From Methanobacteriota archaeon (lineage in GTDB: Archaea; Thermoplasmatota; Thermoplasmata; RBG-16-68-12), in contig VBMG01000046.1 of NCBI GenBank assembly GCA_005878485.1, positions 18 through 64,017 of the forward strand: 64,000 bases of DNA, written 5' to 3'. The position numbers and the translations under genes are program-made. The notes under the pieces are model-generated. The model did no database searches and was not told the DNA's origin. It saw only the letters and a program-made list of their open reading frames with translations. Positions 9,533-18,669 of the stretch are shown here, piece by piece. Each line of letters opens with the position of its first letter. Within the stretch, counting starts at the first letter, position 1.

Positions 9533-10540
9533 GTGATCGTCTACGACCCGCGGTTCCTCGACCATGTGGCTTCGCCCCTTCACGTGGAGCGGCCGGAGCG
9601 CCTCGGGTCGATTGTCACCCGCCTCCAGCGTGAGGGTCTGTTCACGGAGGTCACGAAGGCGGTTCCCGCGAGCCTCGCGGACCTGGAACGGGTCCACCGG
9701 ACGCCCTACCTGAACCTCTTCCGAACCCTCGGGGAAGGGCTCTTGGACCCGGAGACCGCGGTCCATCCCTCGACGTTCGAAATTGCCTCGCTCGCGGCAG
9801 GAGCGGTCCTTCACGCGACGCGCATCGCCGTCCGAGACGGTCGGCCGACGGTTGCGCTCGTCCGGCCGCCGGGCCACCACGCGGGTCCGGACTACGGCGG
9901 GGGCTTTTGCTATCTGAACAACGTCGCCATCGCCGCCGCGGCGCAAGTCGCCGAGGGACAGCGGGTCGCCATCGTGGACTACGACGCCCACCACGGCAAC
10001 GGGACGCGGGACATCTTCGCGGATTCGACGAACGTGCTCTATCTCTCGACGCACGAGTACGGGATCTATCCGGGCACGGGCCCCGCGGAGGACGTCGGCG
10101 AAGCGGAGGGCCGCGGGTTCACGGTGAACATCCCGTTCCGGGCCGGCTGCGGGGACGCGTCGTACGCTGTCGCGTACGAGGCGATCGTCGAGCCGATCCT
10201 CAAGCAGTTCCGCCCCGATGTCCTGCTCGTGAGTCTCGGGGTCGACGCCCACTACCGGGACCCGCTCACGTCCCTCGTGCTCTCCTCGCCCGGATACGTG
10301 GACCTGCTCGGCCGAACCGCGGCGCTCGCCGCCCGGCTCTGCGGAAATCGGGTCGTGGTGGCCCTGGAGGGCGGGTATCACCTCGAGGCGCTCAGCGAAG
10401 TCCTCGCGGGTGTCGTCGGGCGCCTGCAGGGTCGGTCAATCGGATACACCTTGACGGACGTCCTCGATAGCGACGTCCACGGCCGAGGCGCCATCGAGGC
10501 GACGACGCGGGCTCACGGGGCGTTCTGGAACCTACGCTGA
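9533..10540 (+). CDS. Histone deacetylase family (Zn-dependent deacetylase)
   Basis: RPPGHHA, GFCYLNNVA, DYDAHHGNGT, GVDAH..DPL and LEGGY motifs. Confidence 0.93.
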   Translation: MIVYDPRFLDHVASPLHVERPERLGSIVTRLQREGLFTEVTKAVPASLADLERVHRTPYLNLFRTLGEGLLDPETAVHPSTFEIASLAAGAVLHATRIAVRDGRPTVALVRPPGHHAGPDYGGGFCYLNNVAIAAAAQVAEGQRVAIVDYDAHHGNGTRDIFADSTNVLYLSTHEYGIYPGTGPAEDVGEAEGRGFTVNIPFRAGCGDASYAVAYEAIVEPILKQFRPDVLLVSLGVDAHYRDPLTSLVLSSPGYVDLLGRTAALAARLCGNRVVVALEGGYHLEALSEVLAGVVGRLQGRSIGYTLTDVLDSDVHGRGAIEATTRAHGAFWNLR

Positions 10541-11680
10541 GTGGTGCCGCTTCCGCTCCGTGACCTTGCGCTCCTTCTCTTTCACGATGCGCTTGTACAA
10601 CGTCTCCAATAGGCCGGTCAGCGCCACGTGGAGATCCCAGTCGAAGTGGTGGGCGTAGTAGATCCGGTGGGCGGTTGTGAAGCGCGCGCGCAGAGAGTAC
10701 TTCCAACGGTCTCCCTCCGGCTTGTACTTCTGGAGATGGATGGCGAGCGTCCGCGGCTCCACGAGCGGCGCAATCCGCCGCATCTCCTTCTGGACGATGT
10801 CATAGATTTCGTCGTACGTGTCCTTCGGGTCGTCCTCGAGTCCGCCGATTTCGACGAACAGCTGCTGCCGCTCCCGGAGCCCGGCGAGGAACTGCATGAG
10901 GTCTTGGGTCGTGATGATCCCGACGGGTTCGTCGTTCTCCGTCACGATGATCGAGGAGATGTGATTCTTCGCCATCAGTTCCGCCGCGTGGTGGACGTCT
11001 GCGTCGGGGCCGACGGTATAGGGCGGGTAACGCATGACGCCTTTCACCTCGAGGCCGACCTTCTCCTCGCGGCCGGCGCGTTCGCCGTAATGCTCGCGGA
11101 CCTTCGGCCGCGCGAACAGTTCGACGACGTCCTTCAGCCCGACCACGCCTTTCAGATGGCGATTCTTGTCCACGACCGGCACGGACCGTTCGCCGAGGGA
11201 TCGCATGATCTGCACGGCATGCTCGACCGTGTCGTCCTCCGCGACGCATTGGGGATTCGGCGTCATGAATTCCCGCACCGCGACGCCCTCGACCGCCCGT
11301 GTATCGACGAGGGCTCGGACGATGTCGCTCCGGGATACGATCCCGATGAGCGACTTCCCCTTCACCACAGGGACCGCCCGGAATCCGGCGGAGATCATCT
11401 TCTCGGCGGCCTCGGGAAGGGCCGTGTCCGGGGTGATTTCCGGCGCGATCTCGAGCACGTTCGAGACCTTCGTGGTCGGCGGCAGGTTCCGTCGGCGCAT
11501 GAGTTCCCGCATCGTGACGACGCCGGCGAGTTTCTTCCGCTCCAGGACGGGCAATTCGTGGACGTCGTTCGATTTCATCTTGCCGAGGACGTCGCCGAGC
11601 GTGTCGTCCGGAGTCGCGGTGACGAGGTCCGTGGACATGTAAGCGGAGACCGGCAGGTCCTGGACCCTGTTCCGCTTCAT
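10532..11680 (-). CDS. Four-CBS-domain protein with a C-terminal HPF/RaiA-like domain (candidate ribosome hibernation factor)
   Basis: Four CBS repeats, then a ~110-aa beta-alpha-beta-beta-beta-alpha pattern ending WDLHVALTGLLETLYKRIVKEKER. Confidence 0.8.
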   Translation of the reverse strand: MKRNRVQDLPVSAYMSTDLVTATPDDTLGDVLGKMKSNDVHELPVLERKKLAGVVTMRELMRRRNLPPTTKVSNVLEIAPEITPDTALPEAAEKMISAGFRAVPVVKGKSLIGIVSRSDIVRALVDTRAVEGVAVREFMTPNPQCVAEDDTVEHAVQIMRSLGERSVPVVDKNRHLKGVVGLKDVVELFARPKVREHYGERAGREEKVGLEVKGVMRYPPYTVGPDADVHHAAELMAKNHISSIIVTENDEPVGIITTQDLMQFLAGLRERQQLFVEIGGLEDDPKDTYDEIYDIVQKEMRRIAPLVEPRTLAIHLQKYKPEGDRWKYSLRARFTTAHRIYYAHHFDWDLHVALTGLLETLYKRIVKEKERKVTERKRHHSA

Positions 11681-11760
11681 GGAGAACCCGCTTGGGGAGG
11701 ATGCGATAGCGGGCCTGCGTATAATAAAGTTCTTTCATGACCCATTGATTTCGTCTGGCA

Positions 11761-12036
11761 ATGAGAGCCCGCGCGGTCGTCGTCTTCCGGGGGCGCGTTC
11801 AAGGCGTCTACTTCCGGGCGAACTGTGCGGACAAAGCGGAAGAACTCGGGCTCGACGGATACGTCCGCAACATGCACGACGGCACCGTCGAGGCGGTGTT
11901 CGAAGGAGACAAGTCGCTCATCGAAACGTGCATCGATTGGAACCGCAAGTCGCAACCGTACGCGCGCGTCGAGGCGGTCGAGGTCAATTGGTCGGAACCG
12001 CGGGGCGACGTTCGCGGATTCCAAGTTCAGCACTGA
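11761..12036 (+). CDS. acyP: Acylphosphatase
   Basis: GRVQGVYFR and GYVRNMHDGTVEAVFEG signatures. Confidence 0.95.
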   Translation: MRARAVVVFRGRVQGVYFRANCADKAEELGLDGYVRNMHDGTVEAVFEGDKSLIETCIDWNRKSQPYARVEAVEVNWSEPRGDVRGFQVQH

Positions 12037-12050
12037 TCGTCCTCGAGTGG

Positions 12051-12896
12051 CTACCGCAACTCAATTCGATACGTCGTCTCCGGCAGCTCATGGTGAATCG
12101 TCCACACGGCAGCCTCGGTCAGGAGGCCTTTGTCGATCCACGCCCGGGTCTTCTTCGGGACGGTCGCCGGCCCCAACACCGCGCCCGGTCGCTTCGGATC
12201 GTCGATGTAATCGGTCTCCAAGAGGAAACGGGGTTGGCCCTTGAGCGCCTCCACGACGAGGTCTTCTTTTGCGAGAATCGAAGGAACGAGCCCGTGCGTG
12301 TCCTCCGTCCGAGTCAGCGGTGTCGAATGGTGCTTGACGACCCGCTTCGGATCGAGCCGCGCATTCGCCGCAATCCGGGCAAGTCCCGCAAACGTCTCGC
12401 GTGTGGGGTCTTCGGTGTGCAAGACGACGGCGCAATCAAGCTCTTTCGCACGGGCCATGGCATATCCGAGGAGTTCGTTGCACGCCGCCATGATTTCGGC
12501 GTCGACGGGAAAGTGGGGCCGTCCGATCTCACCGAAGGCAACCGCCCTCTCCTCCGCGATGTGGGCGGCCGCGAGGTCAATCCCCTTCCGCATCGCGTCC
12601 ATCGCTGGGGCGGGTCCGAGGCTCTCCCGAAGATGGAGATAGTCCACCGGGTACGGTCCAAGGGCCACGAACACCTGGATGGCGGTCGCGCCGCGGACGG
12701 CATCGGCCATTCGGAGCGTCTTCTGGTACGCGGGTCCATAATCTTCGCCGCGGTGAATCGGGATGTGGTCATCGGGAGCGTGCGTCAAGAGGAACGCCGT
12801 CCCGCCGGCTTTCTCGAACGCCTTCGCCGCCAGGACCCCCTGAAACTCCGGTCGCAGGTGGATGTGGTTGTCAAAGATTGGGAACCGCGCGGCCAT
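12051..12896 (-). CDS. TatD-related metal-dependent hydrolase
   Basis: DNHIH, GEIGRPHF, VVLHTE, KHHS and LETDYIDDPKRPGAVLGP motifs; ATG at 12896. Confidence 0.87.
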   Translation of the reverse strand: MAARFPIFDNHIHLRPEFQGVLAAKAFEKAGGTAFLLTHAPDDHIPIHRGEDYGPAYQKTLRMADAVRGATAIQVFVALGPYPVDYLHLRESLGPAPAMDAMRKGIDLAAAHIAEERAVAFGEIGRPHFPVDAEIMAACNELLGYAMARAKELDCAVVLHTEDPTRETFAGLARIAANARLDPKRVVKHHSTPLTRTEDTHGLVPSILAKEDLVVEALKGQPRFLLETDYIDDPKRPGAVLGPATVPKKTRAWIDKGLLTEAAVWTIHHELPETTYRIELR

Positions 12897-12966
12897 TTGA
12901 CCCTTTTCTCGAAACCGAACCCCGGGAGTCGGATAAGGTCTTCGCGCCCCTCGCGCGCGTCGCGGC

Positions 12967-13410
12967 TTAGGTTGACGAAGACTCTTCGGCACGTGCGCGG
13001 AGGGCTCGGTTCATCTCCTCGAATCCTCGCCGCGTGTCGCGGTCGAGGCTTCGACGGAGGAGGGGGACGAGCAGGCCGTGGAACTCTTCCCGCTGCACGA
13101 GCCGGACCCGATTGTTGCCCGCGGGCGTGATCTCGAAGATGTGTTCGCCATCGAAGAGCCCCGGGAGGCCCAGATGCCCGAGCCATCGGAGTTCGCGGTT
13201 GGGCTCGACCCTTTTCACGGTCGGTCGGAACGTCATCCCTCTCGTGCCGGACGCTTGGAGGAGGACCTCGAGCCGGGAGCCGACTCGTAACTCGCCTCGG
13301 ATTCGTGGGATGAACGGATTCCATTCTGGGAATGCCGCGAAATCCGTGAGGTGCCGCCACACCCGCTCGGCCGGCGCGTGGATCTCGATCTCCGTCCGAA
13401 GTTCCTTCAT
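12967..13410 (-). CDS. SRPBCC (polyketide cyclase-like) domain protein
   Basis: EIEIHAPAERVW..LTDF..FPEWNPFI and FEEMNRALRARAE. Confidence 0.88.
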   Translation of the reverse strand: MKELRTEIEIHAPAERVWRHLTDFAAFPEWNPFIPRIRGELRVGSRLEVLLQASGTRGMTFRPTVKRVEPNRELRWLGHLGLPGLFDGEHIFEITPAGNNRVRLVQREEFHGLLVPLLRRSLDRDTRRGFEEMNRALRARAEESSST

Positions 13411-13433
13411 AGAATCCTCGGGCGGCCGTGCGC

Positions 13434-13982
13434 CTAACGCAACAGGCCGGCGGCCTTCAGTTCCTGCGTGATCTTCTCGACGGCTTCCTCGACGTCCTGC
13501 GGTTTGCGGGCGCCGGTGCATACGAGCTTGCCGCTGCCGAACAGGAGGACGACCACCTTCGGTACGTCGATCCGATACACGAGACCGGGGAATTGCTCTG
13601 GCTCATACTCCACCTTCTCGAGGCCGAGCGAGATCGCGATGGCGTTCAGGTTGATTTCCGTTCCGAGGTCCGAGGAGGCGACGATGTTCTGGACCTCGAT
13701 TACAGGATTCTTTTTGATCGGGATGCCTGCGGCCTCAATCTGCTTCGCGACCATGTCGATCGCGGTCTTGACGTGCTCGAGGCTCTTCGCCCCCGTGCAG
13801 ACGACCTTCCCGCTTCGGAAGAGGAGGGTCGCGGTCTTCGGCTCCTTGAGGCGGTAGATGAGGCCCGGGAACTGCTCCGGCTCGTACTCCGCGCCGCCGA
13901 GGGCAAGCGCGATCGCCTGGAGGTCCAGCTCCTCCCCCAAGGACGTCGAGGCGACCACGTTCTCGATTTTGATTTTGGCCAA
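13434..13982 (-). CDS. tbp: TATA-box-binding protein
   Basis: Two repeats of NVVAS/NIVAS…[11 protein letters not shown]…LLF.SGK.VCTGA; TTG start with GGAGGTG SD. Confidence 0.98.
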   Translation of the reverse strand: MAKIKIENVVASTSLGEELDLQAIALALGGAEYEPEQFPGLIYRLKEPKTATLLFRSGKVVCTGAKSLEHVKTAIDMVAKQIEAAGIPIKKNPVIEVQNIVASSDLGTEINLNAIAISLGLEKVEYEPEQFPGLVYRIDVPKVVVLLFGSGKLVCTGARKPQDVEEAVEKITQELKAAGLLR

Positions 13983-14067
13983 AGGTACACCTCCGATCCT
14001 CAGCGGGCCGGAGGGGCTCCGCAGAGGCCGTCAGTGGGTGGGAGATTTAAAAGGCTCTTTATAAGCT

Positions 14068-14994
14068 TTAGTCGGCCTGGTTCGCGTCTGTGCCCCCGTG
14101 AACGGCTCCTTCGCGCGCTCGCACGAGGGCGAACAGCATCCGGTTCAGCGGCACCGGAATCAGGTGCCGGTCCGCGGCCCGAACGATGGCGCCGGTTATG
14201 GCCTCGATCTCGGTACGCCGGCGTCGCTCGAGGTCCTGCAACATGCTCGCGCGGTTCGCGGCGGTCCGCTTCGCGATGAGGACCGTCCGCTTGTACAACT
14301 CGTCCGAATCGACGCGGGCGCCTTCGGCCTTGGCAACCGCCGCGGCTTCCCGACACACGTCGCCGAGGACTTCCTGAAGCCGACGGTCGCGGACCAAACG
14401 GCCGTTCGGAACCCCGGCGAGTGCGGCGATGGGATTGATCGACGCGTTCACGACGAGCTTCGACCACAGCTCCGACCGGATGTCGCTGGTGACCCGCGCC
14501 GCAATCCCGACGTCCGCGAAGATATCTCGCAATCGAACGAGATCCGCTTCGTGGACGCGAGCCCATCCGCCCAGGACCGTCTCACCGACGCCCGCGTGCC
14601 GCACCTCGCCCGGGCCTTCGAACGTGACACCGTGAGCCGTCGTGCCCGCGACGACGCGCCGTGCCGTCTTCGCAATCGTCTCTGCGTTGCCGAGGCCGTT
14701 CTGGAGCGTGAGAAAAATCGCGCGATCCGCGAACGGGCGCACCGCGAGCATTGCGTTCGCGGTGTCGTACGCTTTTGTCGTGACGAGCACAAGCTCGGGT
14801 TTTGCGTTCTGCGGAATCCGCGTCGCCGCCCGGGGTTTCGCAATCAATGCCGTCTTCCCGGAGATTCGCAGCCCATGGGAGCGGATCGCCGCCACATGCT
14901 CCGTCCTTCCGATCAGAACCACATCGTGACGACGGGAGAGAACACCTCCGAAGAAACTGCCGATCGCGCCGGCTCCGAGGACGAGGATCTCCAC
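14068..14994 (-). CDS. panE: 2-dehydropantoate 2-reductase (ketopantoate reductase)
   Basis: GAGAIG, TTKAYD, LQNGLG, WSKLVVNASINP and SMLQD…TEIEAITG. Confidence 0.92.
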   Translation of the reverse strand: MEILVLGAGAIGSFFGGVLSRRHDVVLIGRTEHVAAIRSHGLRISGKTALIAKPRAATRIPQNAKPELVLVTTKAYDTANAMLAVRPFADRAIFLTLQNGLGNAETIAKTARRVVAGTTAHGVTFEGPGEVRHAGVGETVLGGWARVHEADLVRLRDIFADVGIAARVTSDIRSELWSKLVVNASINPIAALAGVPNGRLVRDRRLQEVLGDVCREAAAVAKAEGARVDSDELYKRTVLIAKRTAANRASMLQDLERRRRTEIEAITGAIVRAADRHLIPVPLNRMLFALVRAREGAVHGGTDANQAD

Positions 14995-15098
14995 GATTGG
15001 AGGATGTGTCCGCGCGGCAAAAACGGTTTCGATGGGCGTTTGACATTCTCGCGTTCTTATAAAATTCCGAGAATGCGCGATTTTTCTCGCTTCGCTAC

Positions 15099-15136
15099 TT
15101 TTAAGTGCCCATCATCCATTACAGAAAATAGGGAGG
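15099..15136 (+). promoter_or_regulatory. TATA box and SD preceding a micro-ORF
   Basis: TTTTAAG at 15099-15105; GGAGG at 15132-15136, 6 nt before GTG at 15143. Confidence 0.6.
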
Positions 15137-15142
15137 AAACAA

Positions 15143-15181
15143 GTGGCCAAGAAAAAGAAGGGCAAGAAAAAGAAGAGATAG
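15143..15181 (+). CDS. Putative 12-aa lysine-rich micropeptide MAKKKKGKKKKR
   Basis: GTG GCC AAG AAA AAG AAG GGC AAG AAA AAG AAG AGA TAG, with TATA box, SD, and a downstream hairpin plus T-rich tract. Confidence 0.6.
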   Translation: MAKKKKGKKKKR

Positions 15182-15225
15182 GCGCTTGCCCGGCCAACCC
15201 TGGCGGTGACTCGCCCTCTCGGGAC

Positions 15226-16173
15226 TCACCGCGCTGCACCCTTTTCCCGTTTTTCATTCCTCTTCATTTCTCGACAGACTCGATCTGCGAGTTGCAAGGC
15301 TTCGGGATACCCGTGTCGCGTCGAACTGCGGACGATTTCTAGGGAGCGATTCAGAGAAATCCGGTTGCCGACCGAGACGAAGATCGGACGCGCACGGCCC
15401 GGTGGGATCCACGCGTATCCTTGCACGCGGCCGCGGAATTCGATCGGAAGTGCCGGCTCCGAGCCGCGTCGTTTCGTCTGAACCCTCCCGACCAGCGGAT
15501 GCTTCGCCACGCCGATCGTCGGGAGGCTGAGGCGGACCCCGACGTAGCACGCGACGCCGAACAAGGCCGGATGGAGTCGCCCATGGCCGTCCACCAGGAG
15601 CACGTCAGGTTGATGCGTCAGCCGATGGACGGTAGTTTCGATTCCCGGAGATTCGCGGTAGGCCAGGTACGTCGGGATGTACGGGAAGGTCGTCTCGTAC
15701 CGGACCGTGACGATCTCGACTGGCGTGAGGTCGTCCGCGTCGAGGCAAACCGCTGCGACGTACATCGAGTCGCCATCATACGCCGCATCAACGCCCCCGA
15801 TTCGATTGATGTCCCCCAGCGAATCTCGCTCGGTCACTTGGGCGCTCAAGTGATTCTGGTCGTCCCGAAGCGCCGCGAGGAATTTCGTGGGTCTCAGCGC
15901 GCCGACGATTCGTTCGGTCGGGACTCGGCCATGAACCGCACGAATCCTTTCCCCTTCCAGGAGCTGAGTTGCGCCGTGAAGGACCGGCCGGCCGTCCGCG
16001 CGGACGACGCGGTGGGCGCCGGGAAGGTCGGGATGATCCACGAGCCACGTTGCGACGGCCCGAGCCGCTCGGACATCGCCCAGCGCCCGCGCAATCGCGC
16101 CGCAGGTTGCGACCCGGCCGGGTCCCACTTGGTCAAGGCAGGTCGCAAGGGCATGCCCGAAGTCCACGTCCAC
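15226..16173 (-). CDS. Alkyltransferase-like (MGMT-fold) domain fused to endonuclease V
   Basis: N-terminal GRVATCGAIARALG..RAARAV…GAHRVV; C-terminal EndoV motifs GVDAAY, PYIPTYLAYRE, LVDGHGRLHP, GVAK, PIFVSVG. Confidence 0.88.
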   Translation of the reverse strand: MDVDFGHALATCLDQVGPGRVATCGAIARALGDVRAARAVATWLVDHPDLPGAHRVVRADGRPVLHGATQLLEGERIRAVHGRVPTERIVGALRPTKFLAALRDDQNHLSAQVTERDSLGDINRIGGVDAAYDGDSMYVAAVCLDADDLTPVEIVTVRYETTFPYIPTYLAYRESPGIETTVHRLTHQPDVLLVDGHGRLHPALFGVACYVGVRLSLPTIGVAKHPLVGRVQTKRRGSEPALPIEFRGRVQGYAWIPPGRARPIFVSVGNRISLNRSLEIVRSSTRHGYPEALQLADRVCREMKRNEKREKGAAR

Positions 16174-16310
16174 GGCTCCCGTATCAACTCAATCCCGCAT
16201 TACGTTTCCATTTTGGGCGTCTTGGACGGGCGATCCGGCCCTCCAGAACTCCCGTCCGGGTCGTTCCGCGAAAACCCTTTCTACGGGCGGGCCCATCGAA
16301 GGCGTCTCGA

Positions 16311-17597
16311 ATGTCGCTCCTCCTCCGCGGTGGGCTCATCGTCACGCAGGATCCGCAGCGGCGCCTCCTCGCCGGCGATGTGTTCGTCGAAGGTGGCCGG
16401 ATCACGGCAATCGGTTCCGTGGATCGCGAGGGGGACGAGGTCATCGATTGTGCGGGTTCCGCGGTCCTGCCGGGTTTCATCAACCTCCATCATCACGTCG
16501 CGAACACGCTCCTGCGCGGGGTCGCGGACGACCGGCCCCTGGAAGAGATGCTCCCGAAGGCGTCCGCAATCGACGCGAAACTCACGCGCCGCGACGTCCA
16601 GATCGGCGCGCTCCTCGGATGCGTCGAGATGGTTCGCTCCGGCACGACGAGCTTTCACGATCTCTTCTATTGGGAGGACGAAGTCGCCCGGGCCGTTCGG
16701 GAGTCCGGGATGCGCGGCTTCCTATCCTGGGTCACCTTGGACGATGCGTTCACGACGCAGCACGGGAGCCCGTTGAAGAACGCGGAGGTGTTCGTCGCCA
16801 AGCAGAAAGACGATCCCCTCGTCACGCCGTCCCTCGGCGTCCAAGGCGTGTACGTGGCGTCGGAGGAGACGTACGCAAGGGCACGGGAGATTGGGGATCG
16901 CCACGACGTTCGACTCCACACACACCTCTCGGAGACCCGCGCCGAGGTCGAGGGCCATCGAAACAAGACCGGCCTCCGACCCGTCGAGTGGCTCGAGAAG
17001 ATCGGCTTCCTAACCGATCGGGTCACCGCGGCCCATTGCGTGTGGGTGACGATGAACGAGGTGCGGATCCTCGCCCGGCACGGCGTGAGCGTCGCCCACT
17101 GCCCCGTGTCGAACATGAAGCTCGCGAGTGGCGGGGTCGCCCCGGTGCCGGAGATGATGCGAGAAGGCGTCCTTGTCGGTCTCGGGACCGACTCGCCGCT
17201 GTCGAACAACGGGATGGACGTCTTCGCCGACATGAAGGTCGCCGCCCTCCTGCACAAAGCGACGCGCTGGGATCCGCGCGTGATGTCCGCGCAAACGGTC
17301 CTCGACCTCGCGACGATCCACGCCGCCCGAGCGTTGCACGCGGATCGCGAGATCGGTTCGATCGAGGTCGGCAAGCGCGCCGATCTCGCCGTCGTCTCCT
17401 TGAAAGGCGTCCACACGACTCCTTTTTATCCGGAGACCGTCATCAGCCGCCTCGTCTACAGCTGCCGGGGGAGCGATGTCCGAGCGACGATCGTCGATGG
17501 CCAGATCCTCATGGCGGATGGCGTCGTGCGGACGGTCGACGAGGCGGATGTCGTCGCACGGGCCCAGGAGACGGCCCACGAACTGTTTGAGGCGTGA
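16311..17597 (+). CDS. Amidohydrolase, MTA/SAH deaminase-like
   Basis: PGFINLHHH, HTHLSET, AAHCVW, HCPVSNMKLASG, GLGTDS; ATG at 16311. Confidence 0.88.
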   Translation: MSLLLRGGLIVTQDPQRRLLAGDVFVEGGRITAIGSVDREGDEVIDCAGSAVLPGFINLHHHVANTLLRGVADDRPLEEMLPKASAIDAKLTRRDVQIGALLGCVEMVRSGTTSFHDLFYWEDEVARAVRESGMRGFLSWVTLDDAFTTQHGSPLKNAEVFVAKQKDDPLVTPSLGVQGVYVASEETYARAREIGDRHDVRLHTHLSETRAEVEGHRNKTGLRPVEWLEKIGFLTDRVTAAHCVWVTMNEVRILARHGVSVAHCPVSNMKLASGGVAPVPEMMREGVLVGLGTDSPLSNNGMDVFADMKVAALLHKATRWDPRVMSAQTVLDLATIHAARALHADREIGSIEVGKRADLAVVSLKGVHTTPFYPETVISRLVYSCRGSDVRATIVDGQILMADGVVRTVDEADVVARAQETAHELFEA

Positions 17598-17600
17598 GCC

Positions 17601-18257
17601 GTGATCGTGGGCGTCGACGAGGCGGGGCGAGGTCCCGTCCTCGGGCCTCTCGTCGTGGCCGGCGTCGCGGTCGAGACCGACGTGGCGTTGCGGCAGATGA
17701 ACGTGCGCGACTCGAAGAAACTCTCCCCGGAGCGCCGGGAGGCGCTGGCGCCGGAGATCGAGAGGGTGGCGCGGTACGAACTCGTCGTGGTCCCCGCCGA
17801 ACGGATTGACGCGATGCGCGCGGAGATGTCCCTGAACGACTTCGAGGCAAAGCTGTTCGCGGAACTCATCCAGCGTCTGCGCCCGGAGACCGCGTACGTC
17901 GACGCGGCCGACGTCGACGAGATTGAGTTCAAACGGTGCGTCCAGCGGGAGCTGTCGTTCGCTGTGGAGATCATCTCGCAGCACAACGCGGACGAGCTCT
18001 TCCCCGTCGTCAGCGCGGCGTCGATCCTCGCAAAGGTCCGCCGCGACCGAGAAATGCGAGCCATCGAAGAGGAGTTCGGCGTGCCGATCGGTTCCGGCTA
18101 CTCGCACGACGTGCAGACGATCGCCTTCCTGGAAAAGTGGATTAGGGAGACGGGGACTCTGCCGCGACACACGCGCACGTCGTGGGACACCGCCCGGCGG
18201 CTGCTCGCGGAGTCCCGCAGTCGGAAGCTTGAGGAGTTCGGGGAGGGAAAGTCATGA
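17601..18257 (+). CDS. rnhB: Ribonuclease HII
   Basis: GVDEAGRGPVLGPLVV, DSKKL, VSAASILAKV.RD, GSGY. Confidence 0.97.
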   Translation: MIVGVDEAGRGPVLGPLVVAGVAVETDVALRQMNVRDSKKLSPERREALAPEIERVARYELVVVPAERIDAMRAEMSLNDFEAKLFAELIQRLRPETAYVDAADVDEIEFKRCVQRELSFAVEIISQHNADELFPVVSAASILAKVRRDREMRAIEEEFGVPIGSGYSHDVQTIAFLEKWIRETGTLPRHTRTSWDTARRLLAESRSRKLEEFGEGKS

Positions 18258-18583
18258 GGGAGATGCTCGAGGACCTGATCCGCAAGTTCAATGCGAAGGT
18301 GGCGTCCGATCCGGCGCTGCGCGCCGAAGTGGGTGACCTCCGCAAGACGGTCTTGATCGACTTGAAGGACGGCACGATGTACCACTTCACCCTCGCCGAT
18401 CAGAAAGTCGCGGGCCTCCTCGACGGCGGCGCGGACCACGCGGACATCACGATCTCGACGGACGCGGACACGCTCCGTGCTCTCATCCTGCGTGAGATCG
18501 GACCGTTCAAGGCGTACGCGACGGGGAAGATCAAGTTCAAAGGGAGCCTCGAAGACCTCGCGCGATTCCGCAAGTTCTTCTGA
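18254..18583 (+). CDS. SCP2 sterol/lipid-carrier domain protein
   Basis: ADITIS….L…..PFKAYATGKIKFKGSL SCP2 pattern. Confidence 0.82.
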   Translation: MREMLEDLIRKFNAKVASDPALRAEVGDLRKTVLIDLKDGTMYHFTLADQKVAGLLDGGADHADITISTDADTLRALILREIGPFKAYATGKIKFKGSLEDLARFRKFF

Positions 18584-18669
18584 GTGCCCCCCCGCGATAG
18601 GTTTATCCGACTCCGTCCAATCCGGACGCTCGACCGCCGTCGCGGGCCTGCGGCTCGATGCTTTCGGGT

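Noticed and set aside
15057-15257. 66-aa minus-strand ORF in the panE-EndoV gap
   Set aside because: Antisense to the better-supported micro-ORF cassette, spans promoter elements, atypical composition
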